Assembly: GCA_043228905.1 (NCBI GenBank)
Contig: JBHGNT010000005.1
Span: 2,666,001 to 2,730,000, forward strand
Length of the DNA stretch: 64,000 bases
Direction of reading: 5' to 3'
Origin: Azolla caroliniana
Taxonomy: Eukaryota; Plantae; Polypodiophyta
Below are positions 41,035-50,755 of the stretch, piece after piece; position 1 is the first letter of the stretch; each line of letters starts with the position of its first letter. The position numbers and the translations under genes were made by a program. The notes beneath the pieces are model-generated. The model did no database searches. It worked only from the letters and a program-made list of their open reading frames with translations, and was not told the origin of the DNA.

Positions 41035-41690
41035 AGCAATGGGCCCGGTTCGGTTTCGGTTCGGTTCGGTTTCTTGGCCTTGAAACCAAACCATTTATTA
41101 ATAAAACAAACCGAACCAAACTGTTTTAAAATTTATGAAGCCATTTAAACCAAACCGTTTAAAGCATAGGAGAAACCAAACCGTTTACGAAAAATTTAAA
41201 ACCAAACCAAACCAAACCATTTTTTATTGATATTAATCATTATACTTATTATAAATTTGTGTGAGAAAATCATCATAAATTTTGTCATCATACTTATTAT
41301 AAATTTTGTCATCATACTTATTATAAAATTTGTCATCATACTTATCATAATTTTGGTCATCATACTAATCATAAATTTGATCATCATACTAATCATAAAT
41401 TTGATCATCATACTTATCATAATTGATCATCGTAAATGAAAAAGAGACTCTACATATAATACATATAAAATTTAATAAGTTAAAACAAGAGTTTAAAATT
41501 AAAAGTTGAAAGTTATAGCTTATAGAAAATATTTATGAGTATTTTTTAACCTATAAACCTTTAAACCGAACCACATAAACAAAAACCAATAAGCCGCTAA
41601 GCCAGTCAATTCAAAACCGAACTGAAACCGATTAGTAACATTCGAAACCAAACCAAACTGTTTAGTTATCTTTGAACCTACATTGCACTC
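41035..41690. mobile_element. AAACC/GGTTC-rich MITE-like element containing a 24-bp minisatellite
   Basis: Dense (AAACC/GAACC)n subterminal motifs; about 7-8 units of TCATCATACTTATTATAAATTTTG at about 41235-41430; only weak terminal inverted similarity (GCAATG..GGTTC). Confidence 0.55.
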
Positions 41691-42262
41691 TTGTTGTAAC
41701 AAATCAAATTTAGGGAAATTACATTACTCTAATAAAGGGAGGTATTGTAAACATTTTGTAGGCTTCTTTTTTACATAAGTCGAAGCATATGCTTAATTAT
41801 TTTAATTGACTCATTTAGTTCTATAATCGTATCATGTATTATTTAAGGAATTGACCCTTAAGTAGTTTCCTCTTTTTTAAGACCTGTGCCAAAATTTCAC
41901 TGGTCAACTTCAAAAGGTTATCACTAATTATTACATCCATCAGTAAACTTGGAAACACTCGTTGTTGTCATGGTTGAAGCCTAGAAATAATGATGAATCG
42001 GAAAATAAGAAGATAATGAGAAAATAAGAAACATCTAAGATTGACATTGAATCAAAATGGTGTCACCTCACAGTAATGCATATGCATGCATGCCTTTTGG
42101 CGATCATGCATCCGACTATGCGAGGTGACAACATCTTGCAATATTTGTAGTGTATGGCCTAGACAATCTATGAAAAGTTTAAACTTATCATTGAATTTAA
42201 TTTGTTGAAATCCGGCTAATTCTATTAACTAATCAATAAGAACCCATGTAGAGTCATCATCT

Positions 42263-42379
42263 TTGTATCACAATAGAGGTGAGATGAAATGTCTTCTCCT
42301 GTTTCCTCTATGTACATTTCTCAAGTAATATACTAAGGTGTATCTTTCTTTTAAAAAAGAAAAAAGAAAAAAGAAAAAA
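42263..42379 (+). mobile_element. Short retroposed insertion with an A-rich tail and a 25-bp TSD
   Basis: Direct repeat AAGAACCCATGTAGAGTCATCATCT at 42238-42262 and 42380-42404 flanks 117 bp that end in an (A6G)n-like tail. Confidence 0.75.
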
Positions 42380-42658
42380 AAGAACCCATGTAGAGTCATC
42401 ATCTCTTTGTGTTTGAGGTAGATCGACAATAAAATTTAGAGATACTTTTTTTTTTTTTTTCCAAAAGAGAATATACTCCATTAGTTAAAATATACATGAA
42501 CACGATCCCTTTCTCAGGTAGGCCGTGCCAAGATTATCCTAGCCTACATACGAGATCTCACTTATTTATCTTACACTTTTACATATGACTCAAGCCATCC
42601 TTTCAGATACATCACCTACCTTCACTATCCCACTTGCCATGTCTTTCACGCCCCTCGT

Positions 42659-45600
42659 TCAACTAATGGGAGGGGGAAACAACCATCTGGGTACATCATA
42701 CTTCCATAGTATATCCATTCCATTTGCTGCGGCCATCGGTGTCGTACACCATCTTTTCCGAAAATTCAACCTCATTAGGTCTGCAGCATCATTAGTACCA
42801 TTAATCCGCTCATATTGAGCTCTTAGTGTAGTTATGAGTGTGTGCCAAATTAGCTTAATCAATTCAGCTGGAGGGCGTTTGTGTGCGGAAAATACCCTGG
42901 TACACCTTGCTGTCCATATATGCCATATAGTAATGGGGGCAAGCAACATCCAAAGATCTTCAAGTTTTTGATTCTGTACACAAGTTGTAGGTACCCCGTT
43001 GTCAGTGATCAGCCGAACAATGCCATTCTCCCCTCTGTACTTAGCCTTGCATGTGCTATCGTATGTCGCCACATCAACGTCAAGACACATCCAACAAGCA
43101 TGTCCCCAGTTGAGGGTGAACGAACTAGAGGCATGGCAAAGCAAACGAAGTGCCCTTCCCCATACAGCCATTGCATTGCGACATTCCCATAGACAATGGG
43201 AGATGCTTTCTATCTGTCCACATGCAGTACATCTAGGGTCTACATTGGGGCCTTTAGCCCACGTCCCTACCAGCAAGGCTCTATGTGCAATAAGCCATAA
43301 ACACATCATTATCTTGCGGTCATATTTGTCATGCCATATCATTTTCCAGAATTTATCTAGTCTCCTTTCACTTATGCCCTCCTGCATCCAAAATTTCCTT
43401 GTCGCAACCTTGTCATGTTTTTGTTCTAGAAGAATTTGCCTCCCAATCTTCGTGTTATACCTGAAAAATTGAACCAGCTTTTCCCCATCAGTTTGTCCTT
43501 GAGTTCTCCAAAAATACCTGGTTGGGTCCCATGATAATTGATCCAAATGCCCTTCTATAGGCCAACACACTGTCGCCGGTGTGATCTCCCTTGGCTTAGG
43601 GTCAATAATCATATTCTTGCCAGTTTTTACGATCAGCCTAATCGGCTTTTCTCTTTGAAAGACTGGTTGCTTACCTCTTGCCCTTCCGTGCTCTAGTTTG
43701 TAGTAGCATACCTCGTTCGATTCTACTTTCATTCCCTTAATGCCAATTAAACAGTTTTCAGCATCTATAAGACCTGTCCACGCAATTTCAGAGGTTGTTA
43801 CTTCTTCCTCTTCCAAGGTATTCTTGTAGCATGCAATGGCATCTATAATTCTCTTGAGCATGCCTTTACCCCTGCTTATTCTCCATATTCTAGCCTTTTG
43901 AGTGCCCACCTCATTGGACAAAAACCTCTCCCATTCCACTAATGCATTCCCTTGGGCATTGATTAACTCAGCCCATTTGAAACCTGTTTTTTGGCCTATC
44001 ATCAGCCCATCCACATCTCTAATCGATGGGTTCCACACAATTGGCATGTATATCCGCGCATATGCATCATTTCTCCACCTACATATGATCCCCTTTCTGA
44101 TTTCTTGCCATGCTTTCATAATTCCGATAGCACAAAGACTCTGCATACTTCCCCAATATTTGGGCCTCATTTCTGGCACAAAGCCCCAAAATGGGCTGCT
44201 AGGCCAACATCCACCTTGTCTTGGCAGCCACATCTTCCATCTACGCCGCCATAGAACTTTCCAAGGTGCCTCAGGAGGTTGTAGGCTCCGGACCACTAGT
44301 TTGCCTAGCAAGGCCTTCGTTTGCATCACGGGATCTATCAATCCCACCCCCCCTTCACTTTTCCTTTTTATAAGTGTGGTCCAAGCAATCTTTGCAACGG
44401 CTTGTTTTTCCTTTGTGCCCCCCCATAAGAAATTTCTAATGATCTTTTTTAACAATTTCATCGACTTGGGCACGATTATCCAGCATGCAGCAGTGTGCCA
44501 TATAGTGGCCATTAGAATCTGATTTGCAATCACAATCTTTCTCGCAAAGGATAGTTTTCTTGCATTCCACCATATTAGCTTCATTTTTATTTTATCCACT
44601 AGTAGATTGTAGTGTTCTGCCCGATCAATGTCCATACCAATTTTGAAGCCCAAGTATCTAGTAGCTTCTCCTTTCCTCAACCATCTAAAATTGGGGTCGG
44701 GGACCCAGTTTAACATGGGTTTATTGCTGATCCAAATGCCCACAGATTTATTCCAATTTATTTTAGCATCGGATCCCCTACAAAACTCATCAATTGCATT
44801 TTGCAATCTGCCCAAGTTGTGTGCATCACCTTTGACATAGGTCATTGTGTCATTAGCATATGTCGTATCAAGCACCATAACTTCAACATCGGGTAAGGTA
44901 AGGCATTGTATTTGCCAAGATCTATCAGCCATTTGATAATGCAAAGCTTCTGCTGCAATTATGTATAAATACGGGGCTAATGGGCATCCTTGGCGTACCG
45001 AACGTAGCATCTTAAAGCTCTTCCCCATACTTCCAGCCATTAACACTTGGCTGGATGCACCTCTGTAGAAGGCACCCATTCCACGGATCCATTGTTGTTC
45101 AAAACCTAGGGCTGCCATCACTACTTCTAGGAAGTCCCATGAAATCCTGTCATATGCTTTTTCGAAGTCAAGTAGCATTACTGCTAGGTCCACTTCTTGC
45201 TCCTCAGCCCATGCTGAGTATTCCCAGAATGTTATCACATTGTCCACAATACTCCGGTTTTCCAAGAAACCAGTTTGCGTTGTATGTATAATGTCCCCAA
45301 GTACCATTTTCAATCTCTTACTTACGACTTTGGCCATTATCTTATATGCATTGGTGAGGATCGTCAGTGGTCGCCAATTATCAAGCGTTGCTAGGTCTTT
45401 ACCAGCCTTGGGTATTAAATAAATCATGCCTCTACACATTGTTGTGGGCATTAGTCCTTCTACCATAATGTGTTGCATCCCTGCCAGCATGTCATCCTTA
45501 ATTAGATCCCAATACTGGATGTAAAAGTATAGAGGAAGTCCATCAATTCCTGCACAGCTTTGTTTGTTCATATCCCCAATAGCATCCCACAATTCATGCA

Positions 45601-47008
45601 TACCTATAGGGGTATTTAGTTGGTCCATCATTTGAGCCGTAACTTTCCTTGGTATCCTCTTTATTATATTTCTAAAGGCAACCTGATGAATCAGATCCTT
45701 ATTGCATACATTTAGTAGTTGAGTATAATAGCTTGTGGCTATTTCAAGCATTTCCTCTTTGCACGATGTCATTGTGCCATCTGTCTTTTTTAAGCATGAA
45801 GGTTGAAACCTAGATCCTTTGCATTTAACACCTTTAAAAAAACCTTTAGTAACCCGATCTCCTACCCTCATCCAGCTTGCTACCCTACTTCGATAGGCAT
45901 AGGTACTCCTAAGTTTTTGGTACCTCTCTAATTTGCTTTTGGCCTCCTCAAGTTGCGCCTCAATCCATACATTATGTGGGTATAATTCTCTTAGTCGTTG
46001 CATAGAAGCAAGTGACCATTGCATTCTCTGCATTTTCTCTCTTATCTCTTTTCTAATTTCAATCGCTTTTTGTTGAAAAAACCCTGCACATGCCTCAAGT
46101 TTCCCAGCCAGCCTATGAGCAGGGTCAAGGTACCTCCATCTGATATTATACCATATTTTCCGTATATCATCGGTCCATTTAGTATCCATAACCAATTCCT
46201 TACACACCTTCACATTATGTGGCTTGCAGCGATTGTTTTCTTGTATGTGTAACAGAACTGGGGCATGATCAGAGAACATTGTACCCGGGCAAATAATGCA
46301 TCTACCTTTCCTATCCATGAGACGAGGGTCCAAATACCATCTGTCCAGCCTAGACATCGTCCTCCCGTGCACACTTCCTCCTACTCTAGAGTAGCGAAGA
46401 GATTTTTCTTTTTGCATTTGAAAGTTAGGGGCATTCCAACAATCTATCACATTATATGCTAAACAAAACTTATCCCATGCATTCTTCTCTGCCCCCTGTA
46501 CCATTCCATTTGCATTGCCTCTTCTATCTTCAGGATGCTCCACCATATTAAAGTCTCCTCCAATGATCCACAACTCAGCATCTTGTTTCTTGGCCACTAG
46601 TTGCAACCAGAATTCTTGTCTTTCAGCAGCTGAATTTGGGGCATAAATGTTCAGTATGCCCAAGTGCCCACAACTGTGTTTTATCCTTATGTAGACCGCA
46701 CGACCCTCTATTAAACTACCCCTGCCTGTACAGTCAGTAGTAAACTTAGCTTTCATAGCTATAAGTACTCCCCCCTGAATCTGCCTATCTCCCGTAGCTG
46801 CTGACCATGTATTGGTCCAGTTTCCGGGGCAAATGCTTCCTATTTTATCGATCTTGTCCCCATCTAGATGGTGCTCCTGCACCAAGATAATATCAGGCAA
46901 CACTGCCTCATTGCATCGCTGAATTTCAGCAGCCAACACATTCTTTTTCATCTGGAATTGGGTGCCACCAATTCCTTGTATATTCCAAGTTAGCAAACTG
47001 AGATTCAT
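42659..47008 (-). CDS. LINE ORF2: APE endonuclease, reverse transcriptase and zf-RVT, 1449 aa
   Basis: LTWNIQG, QE, NIYAPN, IGGDFN, SRLDR and SDH (endonuclease); NWRPLTIL, LLDFEKAYD, SVRQGCPLAP, YAND and YLG (RT); CTACGQIESISHCLWEC. Confidence 0.95.
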   Translation of the reverse strand: MNLSLLTWNIQGIGGTQFQMKKNVLAAEIQRCNEAVLPDIILVQEHHLDGDKIDKIGSICPGNWTNTWSAATGDRQIQGGVLIAMKAKFTTDCTGRGSLIEGRAVYIRIKHSCGHLGILNIYAPNSAAERQEFWLQLVAKKQDAELWIIGGDFNMVEHPEDRRGNANGMVQGAEKNAWDKFCLAYNVIDCWNAPNFQMQKEKSLRYSRVGGSVHGRTMSRLDRWYLDPRLMDRKGRCIICPGTMFSDHAPVLLHIQENNRCKPHNVKVCKELVMDTKWTDDIRKIWYNIRWRYLDPAHRLAGKLEACAGFFQQKAIEIRKEIREKMQRMQWSLASMQRLRELYPHNVWIEAQLEEAKSKLERYQKLRSTYAYRSRVASWMRVGDRVTKGFFKGVKCKGSRFQPSCLKKTDGTMTSCKEEMLEIATSYYTQLLNVCNKDLIHQVAFRNIIKRIPRKVTAQMMDQLNTPIGMHELWDAIGDMNKQSCAGIDGLPLYFYIQYWDLIKDDMLAGMQHIMVEGLMPTTMCRGMIYLIPKAGKDLATLDNWRPLTILTNAYKIMAKVVSKRLKMVLGDIIHTTQTGFLENRSIVDNVITFWEYSAWAEEQEVDLAVMLLDFEKAYDRISWDFLEVVMAALGFEQQWIRGMGAFYRGASSQVLMAGSMGKSFKMLRSVRQGCPLAPYLYIIAAEALHYQMADRSWQIQCLTLPDVEVMVLDTTYANDTMTYVKGDAHNLGRLQNAIDEFCRGSDAKINWNKSVGIWISNKPMLNWVPDPNFRWLRKGEATRYLGFKIGMDIDRAEHYNLLVDKIKMKLIWWNARKLSFARKIVIANQILMATIWHTAACWIIVPKSMKLLKKIIRNFLWGGTKEKQAVAKIAWTTLIKRKSEGGVGLIDPVMQTKALLGKLVVRSLQPPEAPWKVLWRRRWKMWLPRQGGCWPSSPFWGFVPEMRPKYWGSMQSLCAIGIMKAWQEIRKGIICRWRNDAYARIYMPIVWNPSIRDVDGLMIGQKTGFKWAELINAQGNALVEWERFLSNEVGTQKARIWRISRGKGMLKRIIDAIACYKNTLEEEEVTTSEIAWTGLIDAENCLIGIKGMKVESNEVCYYKLEHGRARGKQPVFQREKPIRLIVKTGKNMIIDPKPREITPATVCWPIEGHLDQLSWDPTRYFWRTQGQTDGEKLVQFFRYNTKIGRQILLEQKHDKVATRKFWMQEGISERRLDKFWKMIWHDKYDRKIMMCLWLIAHRALLVGTWAKGPNVDPRCTACGQIESISHCLWECRNAMAVWGRALRLLCHASSSFTLNWGHACWMCLDVDVATYDSTCKAKYRGENGIVRLITDNGVPTTCVQNQKLEDLWMLLAPITIWHIWTARCTRVFSAHKRPPAELIKLIWHTLITTLRAQYERINGTNDAADLMRLNFRKRWCTTPMAAANGMDILWKYDVPRWLFPPPIS

Positions 47009-48885
47009 ATAAGTTGCACCTTCTGAGGCCCAGCCAATGCATTTTCCGCTTCCAATATGGTAGCTAATATCCGATCTTGGAGATTTTCCTCTTCCAACTG
47101 TGTCAGCATTTCAGGGACGTATACCATGAACTCCGTTATCAGATTAGGAAGCTTCCTAAATTTCACATTTATGAAGCATATGCCTTGTTCATTCGCCTTG
47201 CCCGGACTCCAAATCAAGGCATCTTTCCATTGTCTTTTCATTTTCATCCCTATTGCGGTACCATATGATGCGTCTACATAAACATCCATTTGTTGTTCCA
47301 AACGCCCAAGGGCTTCTTCTCTACTATGTGGCTCCTTAGTTCCCAAGGCCAAAATATAGGACAGACCAGCAACCCCTCCATCACTACATTTGCCATATAT
47401 ATTGACTCTACATATGATGTCCTTCTTCATCTCACTTCCACATAGTTCCTTGAACCACTTTTTGCCCGTCAAATTCACTTTGATCTGTTGTCCAGTATTC
47501 GAGAGGGGGCCCGCCTTGTATTGAAGATTCCAGTTCACTCTTGACCATTTACGCATCCCTTTATTTTTTTCCATCCCCTTCATCTCCTCTTTTTTAGCAC
47601 GCATGTGCCTTTTCATTTTTGCTATCCCCTTAATATCTAGGGTTGTCACCAATGACTTAGACTGCTCTTTCAATGGGCTTACGACCTTTCCTATGTTTAA
47701 TTCTCCTACCTCGCCTATACTTTCATGAAGCATCTGGCCAATAACATCCCCTACCAAGTTGTCCTCTTGGTGTAGTTTCGTCATATCATTAATTACTTCC
47801 ACATAATTACTCTCATGAGTTGCCTTCGTTCTTTCTTCCCTTTCATTAGGTTTGTATTCATTGTCCTCTAAGGTTAAGAGCGCATACTTATTTCTAAGTG
47901 GGAGCCATTCTTGTCCGACCATGACTTTTTGTTTGCCTTTATAGGTGTTATGTTTCCATCCATCTTCATTCTTACTCAATGCATGGTTCATTCGTTGATT
48001 TTTCTGTTGCATTAGACTTGTTTTACATTTCTGTCCTTGCTTCCCATTTCCATGATGCATGTTCTCCTTTCCTCTAGGGCATTCTCGGGCCATGTGCCCC
48101 ATCTGTCTACATGCAAAGCATTGCCTTGGGAGTCCCACATACTCAACAGTTTGTACATGGTCAGCCATTTGTTTACTGCTCAACAACATTGATTGCGGTA
48201 AGGTCTTTACATCTGAAACAATTAGTTTGATCCTCGGTGTTTCACTTATTCTCTCCGCAAGAGTCTTTTCCAGGCATTGACCTCCCATACTTTTGCCAAT
48301 GGCCGGGAGAAAGGATTCCCATTGCTTAGGTAAACCAAGAAAAAATGCCGTTACCACTGTAGGATTGCCTATATAAGCATCAACTTTACACATGTCAAAG
48401 TCTGCATCCCAATTGAATACATAGGCCCTCGCATTGTGCCAAATCAGTGGGCTGCTCTCAACAATTTTGCATACATTCGTTTCCGGCATCACTACAACAT
48501 GGTAGAAGCCCTTTCCCATAAATGCAATGTCCTTCAATCTACCAAGGTCTTCTTGTAGACAACTTTGCAGCCAATCACGCAATATTGCTCTATTGGGCCG
48601 ACTACCCACCACTTTTACCACAAAGGATTCCCGTTTAAGACGTGTTAATTCACTCTCCATTAGGCATTCTTCCTCCGGGGAGAGAACAAAGGCTCCCATT
48701 GCATGCATTGAGGGACCATTTTGATTGTCCACCCCTTGTGTTTCCTGTTCGGTTTCAGCATCAATGCGATTAAATAGATGTTCGTGACATACCTGTGTCC
48801 CATTGATGTCCAGAAGGTTTGGGGCTGATGTTTGTGCAGGCTCTGAAGCAGCCGAGTCGTTTTTCGAAGATCCTTCTGCTGCCAT
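47005..48885 (-). CDS. LINE ORF1 (DUF4283/RRM-like region plus CCHC zinc knuckle), 626 aa
   Basis: FMGKGFY...SPL.W....VFNWD, VEYVGLPRQCFACRQMGHMAREC; lies directly upstream of ORF2 inside the TSD-bounded element. Confidence 0.92.
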   Translation of the reverse strand: MAAEGSSKNDSAASEPAQTSAPNLLDINGTQVCHEHLFNRIDAETEQETQGVDNQNGPSMHAMGAFVLSPEEECLMESELTRLKRESFVVKVVGSRPNRAILRDWLQSCLQEDLGRLKDIAFMGKGFYHVVVMPETNVCKIVESSPLIWHNARAYVFNWDADFDMCKVDAYIGNPTVVTAFFLGLPKQWESFLPAIGKSMGGQCLEKTLAERISETPRIKLIVSDVKTLPQSMLLSSKQMADHVQTVEYVGLPRQCFACRQMGHMARECPRGKENMHHGNGKQGQKCKTSLMQQKNQRMNHALSKNEDGWKHNTYKGKQKVMVGQEWLPLRNKYALLTLEDNEYKPNEREERTKATHESNYVEVINDMTKLHQEDNLVGDVIGQMLHESIGEVGELNIGKVVSPLKEQSKSLVTTLDIKGIAKMKRHMRAKKEEMKGMEKNKGMRKWSRVNWNLQYKAGPLSNTGQQIKVNLTGKKWFKELCGSEMKKDIICRVNIYGKCSDGGVAGLSYILALGTKEPHSREEALGRLEQQMDVYVDASYGTAIGMKMKRQWKDALIWSPGKANEQGICFINVKFRKLPNLITEFMVYVPEMLTQLEEENLQDRILATILEAENALAGPQKVQLI

Positions 48886-50465
48886 CGCTCCTCATGGCTG
48901 AGTCGTAGGTCGATGTCGTTGACAATGTCGTTTGATCCTCCCTCTGCTGTCGGCGCCTCTGTTACTCTGCTATCCCGTCCCTTCTGCTCGCTATCCCGTT
49001 CCCTCTGCTGCTATCCCATCCCCTAAAATTTAGAGATACTTGCAATTATTAGTAGGAATATTGAGTGATGTAAAAGACTTGCATTTTAAATTTGTTACAC
49101 CTTATTGACTAGACACTGCAAACATTTGGTTACACAATTTTGCAAGTCATGAAGTAATTCAAATCATAATTGTTTTTTGAGATTAGCATGAGTAAATGTA
49201 TTCCTCATACCCCAACTACACGTGTATCATGTCATTGAAAAATAGTTTTCCTTTTGATCTCAAGAAAATCTAGAACACAAATCTTCCCATTTAAAAAAGT
49301 AAACCTTAGGAATGTGAAAGCTCAACTTTGAGGTCATAGTTATTTTAATTATATCTAAACTAGATTAAGCTTTCATATGTATCTTTGAAAAGAATTTTCA
49401 TCAAGTTTTTTCCTCAACATTGATAAAAAAAAGAGAGAATTCCTTAGCTCAATGAAGGTAAGCATGTGAACTATGTGTATCAACAAACATTGGATTAAGG
49501 GAATTAATGATGTCCTATTCCTTAGTTTTAAGAAGCCTATACGACTTAATACTTCCAATCTAGAATATTGTTCATAGGCCAAATGTAGATAAGAAACATA
49601 ACCATACTACAATTTGTGAAGAACTACACTTTATTAGATAGGAATGACTAATGGCCAATGGACTTGTAATGCAAAAAGGGATTATTTAGGGTTCCGACTT
49701 GTATAAAAGGGTAAGAACTTTCACTTATAAAAGGGCCTTTGAATGCCCCAACTTTGGGGCTATTTTCCACTAACAACAACTTTCCAACATGTAGCTTTTC
49801 CATACAAAATAATCAAGATGTACATGTTTTTTTACTTAGCAATTATCTATTTAATTGAAAACTTCATATGTTTCTTACTCAATGATTATCTATTTAATTA
49901 AGACTAAAATATTTCTTAATTGTTGTGGTGATTGGGTGCATGTTAATTTTAGATTGACTTAAGAAGCCTTCAAGGATTCAATGGTTACATGAAGTAGAGA
50001 ATTTGAAATATATTGGACTTGTTAACTTCTCAAGATCTTCCAAGGACTTCATATTTTTGTATTGCATACACATTCCATTTTAAACCACCAAATGGAGTTT
50101 TGGATGACCTTATACTGAAAGGCATTCTTGTCATGCACAATATTTTGTATGGTTTCTTGTTAATAAACATCGACAAACTATAGACGATGTAAAGCATGAG
50201 AGCTACATGTCCTCGCACAATAAAAGCAACATGGAAGAAAGAGAAGGTTGAGTAACTTATTAAACAACTAAATGCTTCCAAGATGAGCAATGATTGGCAA
50301 ACATTTCAAGAAGATGGCTTCTTTAATGGTTAATGAGGAGTTTTCGAAGCCAAATCAATTTCTACTTGATGGAATGAGTCATTTCACCTCCAACCCATAC
50401 TTTTATGGAGAACTATTAGTGCATTGGAGTGCACGTCACTAGTCACTATGCTAGATGTTTCTTCT

Positions 50466-50755
50466 TTTTTCCAAAAAAAAAACTACTTCCATTAGTTAAG
50501 CAATGTACAAAGGATAATTTACAACTCATATCTTACAAGACATCTTGCATGTCGAAGGAAAACAATGTGTAGATGAAACAACAAAAAAAAACAACTCCAA
50601 AGCACCACATCATTCGATGTGTATAACATTACTCGAACGCATATTCTCCACGTGAGCCTCATACAAACAGAATTCAGCCTAGATGTCCTCCATTCACTCC
50701 TCATGGCAGCACCCATCTAGATGTTAGGTACACTTGGAGGGAACAGCCACCGTGG
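50466..50755 (-). mobile_element. Severely 5'-truncated LINE (290 bp) with a 17-bp TSD
   Basis: TSD TGCTAGATGTTTCTTCT at 50449-50465 and 50756-50772; PRWLFPPSVPNI* plus a 3' UTR matching 13835-14165. Confidence 0.9.

Larger units (their letters stand above)
42448..49023 (-). mobile_element. Full-length L1-clade LINE retrotransposon, about 6.6 kb
   Basis: Perfect 18-bp TSD TAAAATTTAGAGATACTT (42430-42447 and 49024-49041; the last Ts are ambiguous with the tail), poly(A) tail, two uninterrupted ORFs and a short 5' UTR. Confidence 0.97.

Noticed and set aside
41196-41439. Hydrophobic MISMMIKF / ILIIILII ORFs or a CRISPR-like array
   Set aside because: This is a head-to-tail 24-bp minisatellite with no unique spacers and no cas genes.
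42585-48724. Plus-strand ORFs overlapping the LINE (likewise antisense ORFs over SUV3, LEA_2 and the BPP-like gene, for example 55688-56311)
   Set aside because: Antisense shadows of real coding sequence, with no independent motifs.
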